Assembly: GCA_964187785.1 (NCBI GenBank)
Contig: OZ076413.1
Location: 44,828,001-44,892,000, forward strand
Origin: Amphiscolops sp. MND2022
Taxonomy: Eukaryota
Direction of reading: 5' to 3'
Length of the DNA: 64,000 nt
Within the stretch, counting starts at the first letter, position 1. Every line of letters starts with the position of its first letter. A model generated the notes under the pieces. The model was not told the DNA's origin. It worked only from the letters and a program-made list of their open reading frames with translations, and did not search any database. The position numbers and the translations under genes are program-made. This document shows positions 49,350 through 61,522 of the stretch, piece by piece.

Positions 49350-51140
49350 TTATTTCGCGACAGCAATCAACACTCCCATAGCAATAAAGGAAACGACGAT
49401 TACCAGAGCAGCAATGAGCAGAAAAAGACAACATTTATCGTCCATCACCGGCTTTTTTTCTTCAACCAAAGTCCAGATACTGTGTCTAGGAAGGTGAAAA
49501 TTGTGCGGGGGTAAACCTGTTCCTGAATTATCATGTTCAAATGGGTCTTTGGCTGCTCCAGTCGAAGGTTGTTCGTTCACTTGAAAAGCATTGGACACGG
49601 GGTCACCGATCTTTGGGGGCTCTGACGAATTTGGAATGTTTGGTGTTCCCTCCGATATTTCTCTTACGTCACTCGAACATCCGGGTTTCAAGTCTGGTGG
49701 AACTTCTGGTTGTTCAAGAGGATTCCCACTTCGCAGTTTTTCAGACAACTCAATTTCATAATTGTTTGAATCTGTATCGGATTTAACCAAACTGATGGGC
49801 TCTTTTTCATCGCACGGAATCACAGTATCATCAGGCATTACCTTTTCTACTTGAATGGGAACATCAGTTATCTTCTCCTCCGTTTCAGTAATATTAACGT
49901 CATCAGTCGCTACGTGATCGGAATCGGTGACATCAGCGGACATGTTATCGACAGTGACGTCATGGCCGATGACGTCATTGTCTACTAAAGTAGCATCATT
50001 TATACCTTCATTTGCCTCGTCTGGTTGTGGATTGAAGTTGTCTTCATGTGCATCTTTTTCTGGCACATCAGTGGTCTCATCCAGATCGTCATCTAGTTGA
50101 GCATCCTCGTTGACAACTTCGATCGCTTCGTCGCCCTGCTCAACCTCGTGAGTCACATCGTCCGTTGGTTCTTCCACGTTTTCACTCGGTTGCTCCTCCT
50201 TCTGAGAGTCGTTACCTTCAAAAGCTTCGAGTATTTGCGTAATGTCGAAAAACATAACTGGCGTACTCTTCTTTCTTTGAGCAGGAACCACAACTGTTTC
50301 AGGTACCTGAATCTCGGGAACATCGTCATTTTTTTCTTCTTCCTCTTCTTCATCATCATCTTCGTTTTCGTCAGCTGCTGAATCAAAACTCCCTCCTTCG
50401 TTTCGATTCGGCAGAACCTCCGGCAAGGACTCGGTAACATCAGAAGAATTGACCCCGGGCTCTGATGAAGACTCTTTGGGCTCGAAATCCTCGTCATCAG
50501 AACCAATCTCATCTGCATCTTTAGTCTGTTCTTGGAAAACGGTTTCATCGAAGATTGAGTTATCTTCTCCCACAAGGGCACTGGTCGGGATTTCCTGATT
50601 GGCTAATGCAAATTCGAGTTTCAGCTTTCCTTTGAGTCTAAACACGCTTCGTTTCAGCCTCGAGGGTTTGAAGAGCCTCCACTTGAGTGAAACGTTTTGA
50701 ATAGCGGCTGCAATAAGAATAGTGCTGTTGAATTCCACCCGTCCAATAACTTCACTCATTCCCAGTCTATTTCTGTCATAAACTTTGAAAATGAGCTGCT
50801 TAAACTTCCAATCCGGGGCAAAATCGTTTTTCCCCAAACTGAACATTTTCCAATCCGGGTTGGCATTCTTGGGAACAGATTCACTTCTGTAAATAACATT
50901 TCGCTTTTTATCCAATGTAAAGACTTTGAACATAGGATTCATTTTCCCCACGAATTCTGTTTTTACCAGACCTATCGCTGATATTTTCATCAGCAGGTGA
51001 AAAGTATCTTCCTTCTTCAACTTTTCCAGTTTCTCAACCACTTTGTTCGTCAAGACCTTTTCCATGTCAAGTTTTTCTGTCGATTCCAGAACAGTTGTGT
51101 TCTCAGTTTGTTCCACAGCCAATAAAACTGAAAAATTCAC
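49350..51140 (-). CDS. Paralogous C2-domain protein with acidic linker and C-terminal transmembrane anchor; 5' end probably spliced (acceptor TTTTTCAG ending at 51128)
   Basis: Intact 596-aa frame. Motifs IYRSESVPKNANPDWKMF, FKVYDRNRLGMSEVIG and GKLKLEFALAN align with the 43678 gene. D/E-rich linker. TM segment LFLLIAALVIVVSFIAMGVLIAV. Confidence 0.85.
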   Translation of the reverse strand: MNFSVLLAVEQTENTTVLESTEKLDMEKVLTNKVVEKLEKLKKEDTFHLLMKISAIGLVKTEFVGKMNPMFKVFTLDKKRNVIYRSESVPKNANPDWKMFSLGKNDFAPDWKFKQLIFKVYDRNRLGMSEVIGRVEFNSTILIAAAIQNVSLKWRLFKPSRLKRSVFRLKGKLKLEFALANQEIPTSALVGEDNSIFDETVFQEQTKDADEIGSDDEDFEPKESSSEPGVNSSDVTESLPEVLPNRNEGGSFDSAADENEDDDEEEEEEKNDDVPEIQVPETVVVPAQRKKSTPVMFFDITQILEAFEGNDSQKEEQPSENVEEPTDDVTHEVEQGDEAIEVVNEDAQLDDDLDETTDVPEKDAHEDNFNPQPDEANEGINDATLVDNDVIGHDVTVDNMSADVTDSDHVATDDVNITETEEKITDVPIQVEKVMPDDTVIPCDEKEPISLVKSDTDSNNYEIELSEKLRSGNPLEQPEVPPDLKPGCSSDVREISEGTPNIPNSSEPPKIGDPVSNAFQVNEQPSTGAAKDPFEHDNSGTGLPPHNFHLPRHSIWTLVEEKKPVMDDKCCLFLLIAALVIVVSFIAMGVLIAVAK

Positions 51141-52645
51141 TTTTCTAACTGTTCACATTTTGTTCACAAATGATGTCAGTTTTTTTCCATGTTTGGTCTC
51201 CCACAGGTAAACAGGCTGCAGTTGATACACCCATGATATGATGTAATCATTAAGCATGGCACCCCAAATCAAGCCGAACAGTCACAGGAGCTAGCAGGTA
51301 TAATGATAACAATAGCAAAACAATATAAATTGATAAGCGATAACAAGAATTCAGCAGGAGTTCCAAGCAATTCAAAAGCAAGCCGAAATTAACGGGTCTG
51401 ATTGATTGTGATGCTAATGCACTATGGTATCTAAAAGCTAAGGACAGCTAAAATTGCGAGAGGAAATGTTTGCAAGCGCATTATTTTTTTGAATATGCAT
51501 TCGCTCAGATTTTGATCATAATTTGAACCTTCACCGGGCCTTTCAAATGCCGGTCGAACTCATAGCTGAAGCTTCATTGAGAAAACTTCTATATGCGTTT
51601 TCAATGTTAGCCTAATGTGCTACTAGAGCGGGAGAGTAACTTAGCAAACACTGAGGAAATTTTTTGAAATGTATTTTTTTTGCAAATTTTCATTTTGCCC
51701 AGTTACGTGGCTCAAGTTTCAGTTTGCCGGTGGCTCAGAATAAAACTGCATCGACACAAATAACAACTCACCCCAGTTAGTCCAATGTATTGTCGAAAAG
51801 AAAGAGCAATTTGGTTTTCCTATTTTCCTATATGATATATGTGTTTCGTATTTTTCTATTGATTGCGATTGTCTTTATTTGAGGACGAAATCACTGTCGA
51901 GGTTAATTGTTATTGTAATTTCTATTCTGGAAAATGTTTTTTTTTTGGAAAATGAACAGCCAAAAACAGTTGTAATTCCCTCGAAACAAAAGCTGTCGAA
52001 CAGTCAAAAGATTTTTTTCTAGCGTTTTTGTTATGACCATCGGTTTGCCAGGTGATGCATCATTTGTTTTAAAAAATTAAAATTCACAGAAAATTCAATT
52101 GAAGAAACTTTTGCGGGGAGGGTATTTGAGGGGAAGGTACCAGATAACAACGCCTAAGAGGAAACCCCCACACACAAAATCATGACCCATTTGGCCGTAT
52201 ATATAACTGAACGATTATGTCCATTGATTCAATTACAGTGTGCGACGTTGAAAACTACAAACCGGCAAATTTGTATAGAAAAACGCGGCAGAGAGATTAA
52301 GTATTCTTTCCCATATAGAATTCGAACGGAAAGTAAGATATCTATCTAAGGAGATCTATTTCTTGATAAAACTGAAAAAAAACACGAGTCAGAAAAGACA
52401 GTAAGTTTTCGTTTTCGCATTTGGATTTCATTTAAAATTAAAGCCTATAGTGATTTCAAAATAATTCTACCATGGATAATGTTCCGGGCTGCGATCGCAT
52501 ATAATCATTTTTGCCCAATTTTCCCCCAAACGTTCAAACGTGCATTCGCCCCCATTCGCCTTTTTTTCATTTTCAATATTACTACTACACTGCCTTTTCT
52601 GAATCGTATAATGTTTATGATTTTAACCAAGGAACTCAGTGTTTT

Positions 52646-53129
52646 TTAGTCGGCGCTTCATGAAGTGAAACGCGACTATTATAGTGACTCTTTTTTTTTC
52701 TATCCACACGAACTGACCAAAATAGTTCTTAAAAGTTCTACCACATATTATGGTGTCAAATCCCTTTCAATTTTTTTCGGCACTGCGAGACATTTTTTTC
52801 GGATTTTTTCCCCAAAGGGTCCCTCCTTCAATTTTTTTGTTGTTTTGCGACAGAATGGATGTTGGAAAATCCCAAAGGGTCCCCCCTTTTAGTTTTTTTC
52901 GGTATTGTGAGATTTTTTTTTCAATTTTCACCAAAGGGTCCCCTTCAATTTTTTTGATGATTTGCGACAGAAGGGATGAAAAATGCCAAAGCGTTCCCCT
53001 GGCGCGCTAATCCGGTCCAACGTTTGGGTTTTTGGGGTGCTTTAGAAGAGAATACTTTGACACTTTGAAGTCCTTTTGCTATTTTTGAGCCTTAGATATG
53101 GCGCCGACTTGGGCCGTTCCCGGCTTGTT
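52646..53129. mobile_element. Helentron/DINE-1-like non-autonomous element
   Basis: Starts in a T-run with TAGTCGGCG..CGCGACTA and ends GCGCCGACTTGGGCCGTTCCCGGCTTGTT. Internal CCCAAAGGGTCCCC repeats. Confidence 0.75.
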
Positions 53130-53203
53130 AACCTATATACTGTATCTGTACGGTGTCTATGCATGACAATGCTGTTCAAACAATTCACATGGCACTGCAT
53201 GGT

Positions 53204-56200
53204 TTAGAAAGGTACGGATCTCAATACGGATCGGACACAAGTTTGCATGCATGTTCGATTGGGGAGAGCGATAGGTTTTGAAACACATGAATGCTCAACT
53301 TTTATCACAGAAAACGCAAATGATATGCAAACAATTAGTTTCCCACAATTTATGCGGTAACAGCCAGACACTATGAAATCATTTGCAAATCTTATCCCAA
53401 TCAAACGGGATTTAACAAACTCTAAAAGCTTTTGATCAAGAGCGTCAGTGAAGTTGTTACCCTAGTCGAAACGTTAGACATTTTTAGCAAATTTAATGCA
53501 TGTCTTCGACAATTAGGACGAAACATGCAATTATCTTACATGTCAGAAAATACTTGCAAGATCATATTTATCTTACAAGATTCTTGGAAAACTATGCGAC
53601 AACAGATCAAAAGTACCAAGATTTTTCAAGACCATAAAAAAACTATGTAAATCTCACAAGACAAAGAATCTGCCAGTTTAGTGCATTTTGTGTCTGAAGT
53701 TTCAACCAGGGTAATTTGAGATTATAGTAGATTATTTACTAACTGAAGATGCAGTTCTGGTTATCTTGTTCATCTAGGATCCAAGACTTGGGCTTCTTCG
53801 TTCTCTGCACCTCGAAGATATCAGACAGCTCCACGCAAACACTCCCAATCAAATCGTCTTTTTTGGCAAAATTGTAGTCGTACACCTAGAAATAGAGTTC
53901 ACATACGTTAACCGAACGTTTCCTGATCTCAAATCAACATAATCAAAAATATAAAATCCAACGTCAAAATTTTCTATGTCATCGAAACGAATACGTCGCA
54001 ACCTCTGAGAGATCGAGTTTAAAGTTGTTTTTCGCCACGATCTCTACAACATCAACAATATTAAACTGATTAGAAGAATGGAGAAGAGTATTATCAGCTA
54101 CCGAATTCACTCAATAATAGAAAAATTCACGATGACAGTTCTTTAGCAGACTTCGAAATACTCAGAAAATAGTAACATAAAGCGTTTTTGTCCATTTAAA
54201 AACGAAGTACATTTATACTTTCTTGCCAAACTGAAGTGAGAGTTTTGTTGCTTTGCTAGCGAGCTCGCTCTCTTCTCTTGAGAAGTTTAGGCAGACTTCT
54301 GCCTAAGCTTCTCTAGAGAAGTACGAGAAAGACACGGCTGAAAAGGCCGATTCTAGTCAGTGCTTTCACTCGGAGAATAAAACCAAGTGTAATTTTCCCA
54401 AGAGTTCTGCTTTTATCAAAAAGACTGTGTAAAAGTGTTATGACAATAAAATTCAGCTATGACAGTTTGTCAGGAAAAGCCGGCTGAAAGGTCAATTTTT
54501 CCCAATTATGATGTTCTATTCTAACAAACTCAAGGGTTAAGAACAGAGAGATTTATGAAAGAGAATCTCTTTTGTCTAGGTCTGTACTGTAGATACCAAA
54601 GTATAATAAATGATGTATCTAATTTAGTATTGTTGTTTTCTGTATTTGTCAACACTAACATGTACTCTAGACATATAAATAAAAGTTTGTAGTTTTAGAA
54701 CCGAATCTTGGTAAGGTCATGAACCGGAATGAACTCGAATGTAACATTCCCCCTCTTTCTTTTCTTCTTTTCAATTTTGGTTTGAGGGTCCTGGGGCGTT
54801 CCTTCTTCTGGTAGAAAATGCGCAGGCTTATGGATTCTCTCCGGCTGTGGTGTTCCTTTTGTTCGGGTCCACAGATTTCCTGTAACAAATACAATGCTTT
54901 TTTAGTCAATCTATTTTTGACCCCAAAAATTTCCAGTATATGGTATTGTTCCGTATCTATGCGGTTATTTACTATCTCGGCTTGACCGTCTTATGTTTGT
55001 TTTTATATTCTCACCCGATATCTCACCATCGAAGTGTAGTTGTAATGCGTCCTCTTCCGGGTTTGTTCGGATTGCCTCTTATCGTCCGCCTCGTTCGGAG
55101 GTATCATACACTTTTGGTGTTGGCGTTCCGGTTTCTTCCGGCATCTCTTCGTCATCATCATTTTCATCTTCCTCTTCTGTGTCGCTTCCTGTTGATTCTC
55201 TATTTTGGACGATCTTCAATTTTGCGTTTATAATGTCACGGAGTATTTCGTCCCATTTGCCGTATTTGCCATCAAGACCTCGAAGGCAGTGTCTGTTTTT
55301 GGGATTGATTACGCCGTTGGTGTTGATGGCCGGCTCTTTTCGTGTTTTCCTTTCGGTCTGAAATAATGGTCCCGAAAAATTTTTTCGGGTAATTATTTTT
55401 GTGGTGTCCGTTTTTACAGTACTCTCGGTTCCGCTTATTGCGGTTTGTATTTTGTTTTGGAACCTCCCTTCCAGGGATTTTTTGTTATAATTCTTTTCTA
55501 CAAATGAAAGGGGATATCTAACCGAAGTTTTCTTCGGTGACTTTACATTTTCGCCCGTCTGTTTCTCTTCGTTCTTTGTCTTCGCCATTATGATGTGGTT
55601 GGTTATTTCACCTTCCGCATCACGGCCCACATAGATTGGGAATTTCGGTCTTTCCGGAGCTGAAACAGTCATTTCCGTACAGCTAGGCAAGTATGTTTTT
55701 CCGTTTTTAACGATGTTCGTTAACTCGGTTCTTGGTGTTCTTCCGTGGTGTAATTCAAACGGTGTTATTTTTAATCCTGTATGTTTTGTAAAATGCATTA
55801 CCCGTAGCGTCCGATTTACGCTTTCGGTTAGGCAAAGTCCGTCCTCCATATTTGCTATTATTAGGTTTTTAATAGTTTGGAATGCCCTCTCCACTACTCC
55901 GTTTCCGGTATGCATTCGAGGTGTGCATCATTCTATTTCTATATTTCGGTTCCTGCAAAATTGTCGGTATTCTTTAGAAATGAATGCCGCCCTTTGTCGG
56001 ACTTTATCTTTTCCGGTAATCCGAATAAGTTGAAGTTACTGAATAAAAAAATTGTTACTTCTTTTGTTTCCGAAGTTTTGCAAATTTTGTTGTCGGCCAC
56101 TTGCTACAACTATCTACCGCAATGAATATTTGTGTTTCTCCGCTTAAGTTTTTGTTGTGTATTTTTCCGGTAAAATCAATTTGTATTTCTTGTCCGGGAT

Positions 56201-59200
56201 CGGATAATTTTTCTAATTTTCCATAATGTTTTTACGGTAATTGGTATCTAAGACTTTTACCTGATGCTAGGCATGCTGCGCAGTCTTTAATTTTTGTCTC
56301 GATATCTTGCTTCATGTTCGGCCACCAGAATACTTTGGCTTCGGACTTCATTTTCGTGATACTGGAATGACGAAGGGTAAAATATCCAGCAGTCGCCGCT
56401 TGAGATCGATGGGTATGACGATTTGATCGTCGACGAGTACTAGGCCCCATCTAATCGACAGCTTGTCGAAGACCGTGCGGTAGCCGTCCGGGATAGTTTC
56501 TCTATCTTCTCGGGCAAACTATTTCTCTTTCGGGATAGCTCCGGATCGATTGCTGTTTTTGATATCAGGGCCTTCAAATCCATCATGAATTCAAAATCTG
56601 CTTTTTTAATATGCTCTTCTGTAGCCTTCTTCTATGCGGTTAATTTTCCGACGATATAGTTTATCTGAACATACATTGCTTCTTTACCGTCTGAGTTGTA
56701 ATTCGTCAGATCCACGATTGGTAAATTATCGCCCCGCATGATTATACTGTCTTCTTCTGTCTCGTTGTTTTCTTGTTCAAGCTTCCCGTATTTCATCCGG
56801 TTGTTCTTCCAGCTGCTCGATTATCGGCTGATAACCGCCCCCAGTCTAATTGCTCTCCGGATTAGTTCGGCGTCATTTCGGCAATTTCTTCTCTGCTGCT
56901 CTTGTTTGACCGGGACGGAGCAAAAACCGTACGCAGTGTCTGGTGATGGTACCGGCGTCTCAATGTACCCGGCCGGGATAGTGCATTTCGTTGTTCGACT
57001 AATCTTCTTGTCTCCGGGCTGTCGTTTCTTCTTCTAAAAGTATCCATTGTTTCTCGGGTAGCTCCTCAATGGTAAAAGTTTCCGCGGTCTATTTTGTCAA
57101 AGTTTTCGACTTTTGGTGTTTGCCTATCTTTCAGAGTGCTAATATCGGACTGCCCGGATGTAGTTCTTTTATTTTGTTCAGTTTTGTTCACGTTGTTTTC
57201 GTTCTTGAACATTCCATTTGATTGTGATTTATCCGTTTTATGCTAAGTTCAAGTTCTGTGTTCGGCATTGTTCTTTCGGTGATGCACTTGTTGCGTTTGA
57301 TTGGTCTCCGAATAAATGTCCGTATTTTAAATTCAATTCGGTTTGATCGGCATGTATGTTATTTACGTATTCTTTATTGTAAATCTTTTCCGGCAAGACC
57401 CCCCCTACCCGATTTCTGCTGAAAAAATCTGTCAATTTCAGATTGCTACCGGCTTTTTGCTGTATTGATATATCAAAATGCGTTAGGCGGTCTAGCCATC
57501 TCGTTGAACTTGCGCTGTATTGTTTGTTGCTCCGGTTTTTCATCTAGTGCTTGGTTGTCGGTATGGAGATGAACTTTTTTCCGTTTAAAAAAATTGGAAT
57601 TTTTCTAATCCCCGTACCACCGCCACTAATTCAAGTTCACCGATGGAATATTTCTTTTCGGAATCATTCAAGTATCGGTCCGTTGTCTTGTTTTTGCCAT
57701 GATGTAATTCCCAATCCGGTAGTCCTAGCATCGGTTCTTACTATAATATCTTTGTCCTTCGCATAGTGTGCTAGACGTGGGCCTTCGGTTAACATCAGTT
57801 TTGTTTTTCCGAAGTCATCATTTTGTTCGGTTCTCCAATTCCACGTTTCGTTTTTCTTCAGTAGTTTCCGAAGTCGATCCGTTTTTTCGGAGAATTTCGG
57901 GAGAAATTGTGCCATGTATTGTATCGCTCCGAGAAAAGATTTCAATTCTTTTGTGTTCTCCGGAGGATTTAATTATGATATAGCTTCTACTTTTTCTTCA
58001 CTCGGTTTTATTCCTTTTTCATCGATTTCGTAGCCCATTCATTTTGTTTGTTTCATGAAGAATTCTGGTTTCTTGCTAGCACGGTAGCCAGCTTTCTCTA
58101 GCTTGTTTGAGACGTCAAATAGTTTCTTTTCATGGTCTTGTTAATTTCCGCTTGTTACTATAATTATGTCGACTAGCAAAGCTGGGGTGCAATGTTCGAG
58201 TGTTCGGTCGATTTTTTCTTCAAATATTGTGGGTATATCGGCAAGTCCGTAAAACCGTTTTTGAATCTATTGTAGTAACTAAAATTCACTCCGGTTAGTG
58301 CGAATACGCATTGCCGGCTAGTTTCTTCGGATAGCTTCATTTGGCCGTATGCGTAGTCTAGATCTATTTTGGAAATGAATAATTGCATTGTTCGGTCAGG
58401 CGTTAATTCTACCGAAATCTGGTTTAATAGTTCCTCCATATTCGGCATGTGTGGTCTCGTTTTATTACAACTATCATTCAGTTTCCGGCGGGCGTCTAAT
58501 CCTTTTTTTACCGACTTGTCGCTTTCACTGTGATTACTACCGGGGATACAAAACAATCTTCGTAGTTGTCTTTTATTTTCTCTGGATGTCCGGATTTGAT
58601 TAATTTCTCTAGTTCTCTTCCTACGTCTTCTTGTAGGTGTAATGGAACCGGTCGGGCATTTCGTTTTATCGGGAAATATTTTGGGTTTAAGTTGTATTTT
58701 TATTTCGATAACCTATTTCGTTTCGTTGTTTTCGTACAAGTCCGGAAATTTATTTTTAACTTTCTCTTTTTCTGATTCGTTGATCTCATCCAATTGTATT
58801 CTTCCGATAGTTACTTTGAATGTTTTCATCCAATCCATACCGAGTAATGGTGTTATGTCTTTTCTTTTAGTTATCAAGATTTCCATTTTCTGTTTGTTGT
58901 TTTTGTACTCGATGTTTACCGGAATTTTCCCCGGAATTTTACTTCATTTTTGTTTAAGTCCTGGTATCGATTTGTTATTTTCTGAATTTCGGTGGATTTC
59001 ATAATTCTTTCATCGGATGGCATTTATGTTATTGGTGATCCGGTGTCTGTGATAAATTCTTTCTTCACTCCGTTTATTTTGATTGTTGCCCTATAGTGCT
59101 TGTTCTTTTCTTCGATTGCTCTTATTTCTTTGATGTGTTGTATGCTTTCTTCTGATTCGCTAGTTGATTCGTTCGCTTCCAAAGTTTCATCTTCGGTTAA

Positions 59201-61522
59201 TCTTTTCACTGTTCGGTTGTTGTGTATTCTTTGTCTGCATGCTTTTGCGAAGTGGCCTTTCTTTCCGCATTTGTAACAATTTGTACTAGTGCAGGACATT
59301 TATATATCGGTGACCAATTTGATGCGTTGCAAAATCTGCATGGTCGGTTACCGAATATTTTGTTTTTCAGTCTTGTTCCGAATCGCTCCATTCTTTGGAT
59401 TGTTTCTTCTTTTGTTATGTGTTTTTAGTCGGCGTTTTTCTTAAGAAAAAAGCCCGACTATTACAGTCACTCGTTTTTTTTAAGACAGACTCGAAGCGAC
59501 GAACGTTAAAATTAACGTTCAACAACTAAACAAGTACCAAACTACTGGACCGCTAAAGGCAAACGGGGAGCGCATTCATTTACTTTTTAAACGTTACATA
59601 CAAGCCCGGACGGGACTAAAGTTTCGTACCCCCCCCCTTTCGATTTTTTTTCGGCGCTGTGAGATTTTTTTTTCGAATTTTTTTAATGTCCCCAAAGGGT
59701 CCCCCCTTTGAGTTTTTTGTTATTTTGCTACAGAATGCGTGTTTATAAATCAAAAAGGGTCCCCCTTTTACATTTTTCGGCACTGTCCGACATTTTCCGA
59801 AAGAATTTTTTTTCGAAAATTTCAAGTTTTTTTCCAAAAAAATGTTTTGCGCTTTTTGAGCCTTAGATATAGCGCCGACTTGAGGCGTTCTCGTCTTGTT
59901 CTTTTTTTGATATCAAAGCTTCCGGTATTTCATTCTTCTTGTTTTTCTTCTCGTATGTATTCTGTTTAATCAGTTCGATTTTCTTCGTCAATTCCAGTGT
60001 TTTTCCGTTCATTATTTTGTCCCGTAGTTTCTTGTTGGTTATTGCAGTCATATAATTGGAGATTAGTAATTCTTCGGCTGAGATGGTGTTGAAGTTGCAC
60101 TCTTTTTCAATTTCGATCAGTCGTCTCCAGAATTCTTCCGGTGTTTCTCTTCTGAATGTTTCGCCCAGAAGAAATCTCCTCGGTTGTGGTAAGTGTTTCT
60201 TTTCGGTAAATAGTATTAGTATTCGGTAAATAACCGGATTAGGTCTTTGATTTTTATGCTGTTCGGATCTGTCTTGTATTCTGCTCGGGTTATTTGGAAG
60301 AGTCCTTCCGGTCCCACTCCCCAGATGAAGTTTTCTTGTATTGCTTGTTCTTTTCCGGCCCAAACGGAGTCAGTTATTTCTTCCTCTTTAAGTAATGGTG
60401 TGATATCACTTTTATGTTCCCGTTCTGTCAATTGTTTGAATCTTTCTAGTCATTGTCTCGGTGTAAATACCGGATTTCCGTCTGTGGCTTTAGTTTCAAG
60501 GTTTGGTACTATATTCTTCTCTGCCATAGTTTCGGTTTGTTAAGAAGGTCTCAATTTGTTTTAAAAATTGGCTGACCGCGCCATGTTCTATTCTAACAAA
60601 CTCAAGGGTTAAGATGAGAGAGATTTATTAAAGAGAATCTCTTTTGTCTAAGTCTGTACTGTATTTACCAAAGTATAATGAATGATGTATCTAATTTTGT
60701 TTCGTTGTATTCTGTATTTGTCAACTATAACATGTACTCTAGACATGTATATGAAAGTTTGTAGTTTTAGAACCGAATCTCGGTAAGGTCATGAACCGGA
60801 ATGAACCCGAATGTAACATATGAAGCATGGGCGGGGACTATCAGTTATTCTTTTTTTGCCTCAAGAATGACATTTGGAAAATTATTATAATATTTATCAA
60901 TTACTAAATAAAGCTTTTAAATACCTGAAACACGGCCTTTAGAGCACCGGCGTCGTTTTCCTGCAATCCAAAAGTGAGACGATTGACTGGCACCTGAACT
61001 CCGGTCCATTTGGGATTGTCCTCGTTGCGTATAACCTTACTCTGGCCGACATTGGCGTCCTCATTGTTCAGCACCTATCAGCAAAAAAGCTTCTTTTGGG
61101 ATAAATCAGGCATCATTTATTGGCAACTTAAATTCTACTGTTCTTATTGTCTATTTTTGTTTATTCTTGGTCTACGGCAAAGTTTCCAAAAATTAAAAAA
61201 AAAATGTAGAAAAATCCATCATCAAAAACTGTCTGATAGTGAGAAAAAGGATAGTTTCTCATGATATCGTGAAAATATTCTTTTTAGTCTTCCATGATAT
61301 TTGAAATATGATTTTGAAATTTGTTTGGAATATAAAGACTTTTGTCAACAATTATCTTGTAACTGGAATCAATGATGAAATCATTTTTTGCTCTTCATGG
61401 ATACTATAGCACTGAGAGTTCTGCACGAAATTAACCTGAACGAAGGGGTTGACTGAAGTTAGCTGGCTTTTCCCAGGTATGTCTTTGACTGCGAAGTTGA
61501 AAGAGAAGCAGAAATCTTCCAT
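53204..61522 (-). CDS. Spliced single-C2-domain gene (~181 aa); exons 61522-61436, 61074-60925, 53885-53744 and (less certain) 53370-53204
   Basis: GT-AG splicing gives MEDFCFSFNFAVKDIPGKSQLTSVNPFVQ|VLNNEDANVGQSKVIRNEDNPKWTGVQVPVNRLTFGLQENDAGALKAVFQ|VYDYNFAKKDDLIGSVCVELSDIFEVQRTKKPKSWILDEQDNQNCIF|MSGCYRINCGKLIVCISFA... Intron phases 0, 0, 1 are compatible, and the product aligns with the C2 domains of the two neighbours. Confidence 0.75.
54512..54746 (-). repeat. 3' LTR
   Basis: TGTTCTATTC...ATGTAACA. About 18 differences from the other LTR counted by eye (~92% identity). Confidence 0.95.
54747..54760 (-). promoter_or_regulatory. Polypurine tract
   Basis: Minus strand AGAAAGAGGGGGAA directly abuts the 3' LTR. 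Confidence 0.85.
55079..59100 (-). pseudogene. pol: Pol remnants of the intronic Gypsy element
   Basis: FITDTGSPIT (protease), KIDLDYAYGQMKL and KSFLGAIQY (RT), RTDARTTGLG and WLDRLTHFD (RNase H), FWWPNM..CAAC and GNGVVERA (integrase). Many frameshifts. Confidence 0.9.
59100..60527 (-). pseudogene. gag: Gag remnant with two zinc knuckles, interrupted by a nested insertion
   Basis: ETPEEFWRRLIEIEKECNF..LRDKIM, CRFCNASNWSPIYKC and CYKCGKKGHFAKAC. Confidence 0.85.
59425..59900. mobile_element. Helentron/DINE-1-like element nested in gag
   Basis: Splits gag between ISKKE and KHITKEETIQ. Left hairpin TAGTCGGCGTTTTTCTTAAGAAAAAAGCCCGACTA; right end CGCCGACTTGAGGCGTTCTCGTCTTGTT. Inserted in a T-run with no distinct TSD. 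Confidence 0.85.
60567..60583 (-). promoter_or_regulatory. Primer binding site (tRNA identity uncertain, possibly Ser)
   Basis: Minus strand TGGCGCGGTCAGCCAAT immediately follows the 5' LTR. Confidence 0.8.
60584..60818 (-). repeat. 5' LTR
   Basis: Direct repeat of 54512-54746. Confidence 0.95.

Larger units (their letters stand above)
54512..60818 (-). mobile_element. Full-length degenerate Ty3/Gypsy LTR retrotransposon (Mag-like) inserted in intron 2 of the C2 gene
   Basis: Paired 235-bp LTRs (TG...CA) and 5-bp TSD TATGA (54507-54511 and 60819-60823). PBS and PPT present, with gag-PR-RT-RH-IN remnants on minus. Confidence 0.95.

Noticed and set aside
43795..50381. Plus-strand ORFs such as 43811-44485 and 50097-50381
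   Set aside because: Antisense shadows of the low-complexity linkers of the C2 genes.
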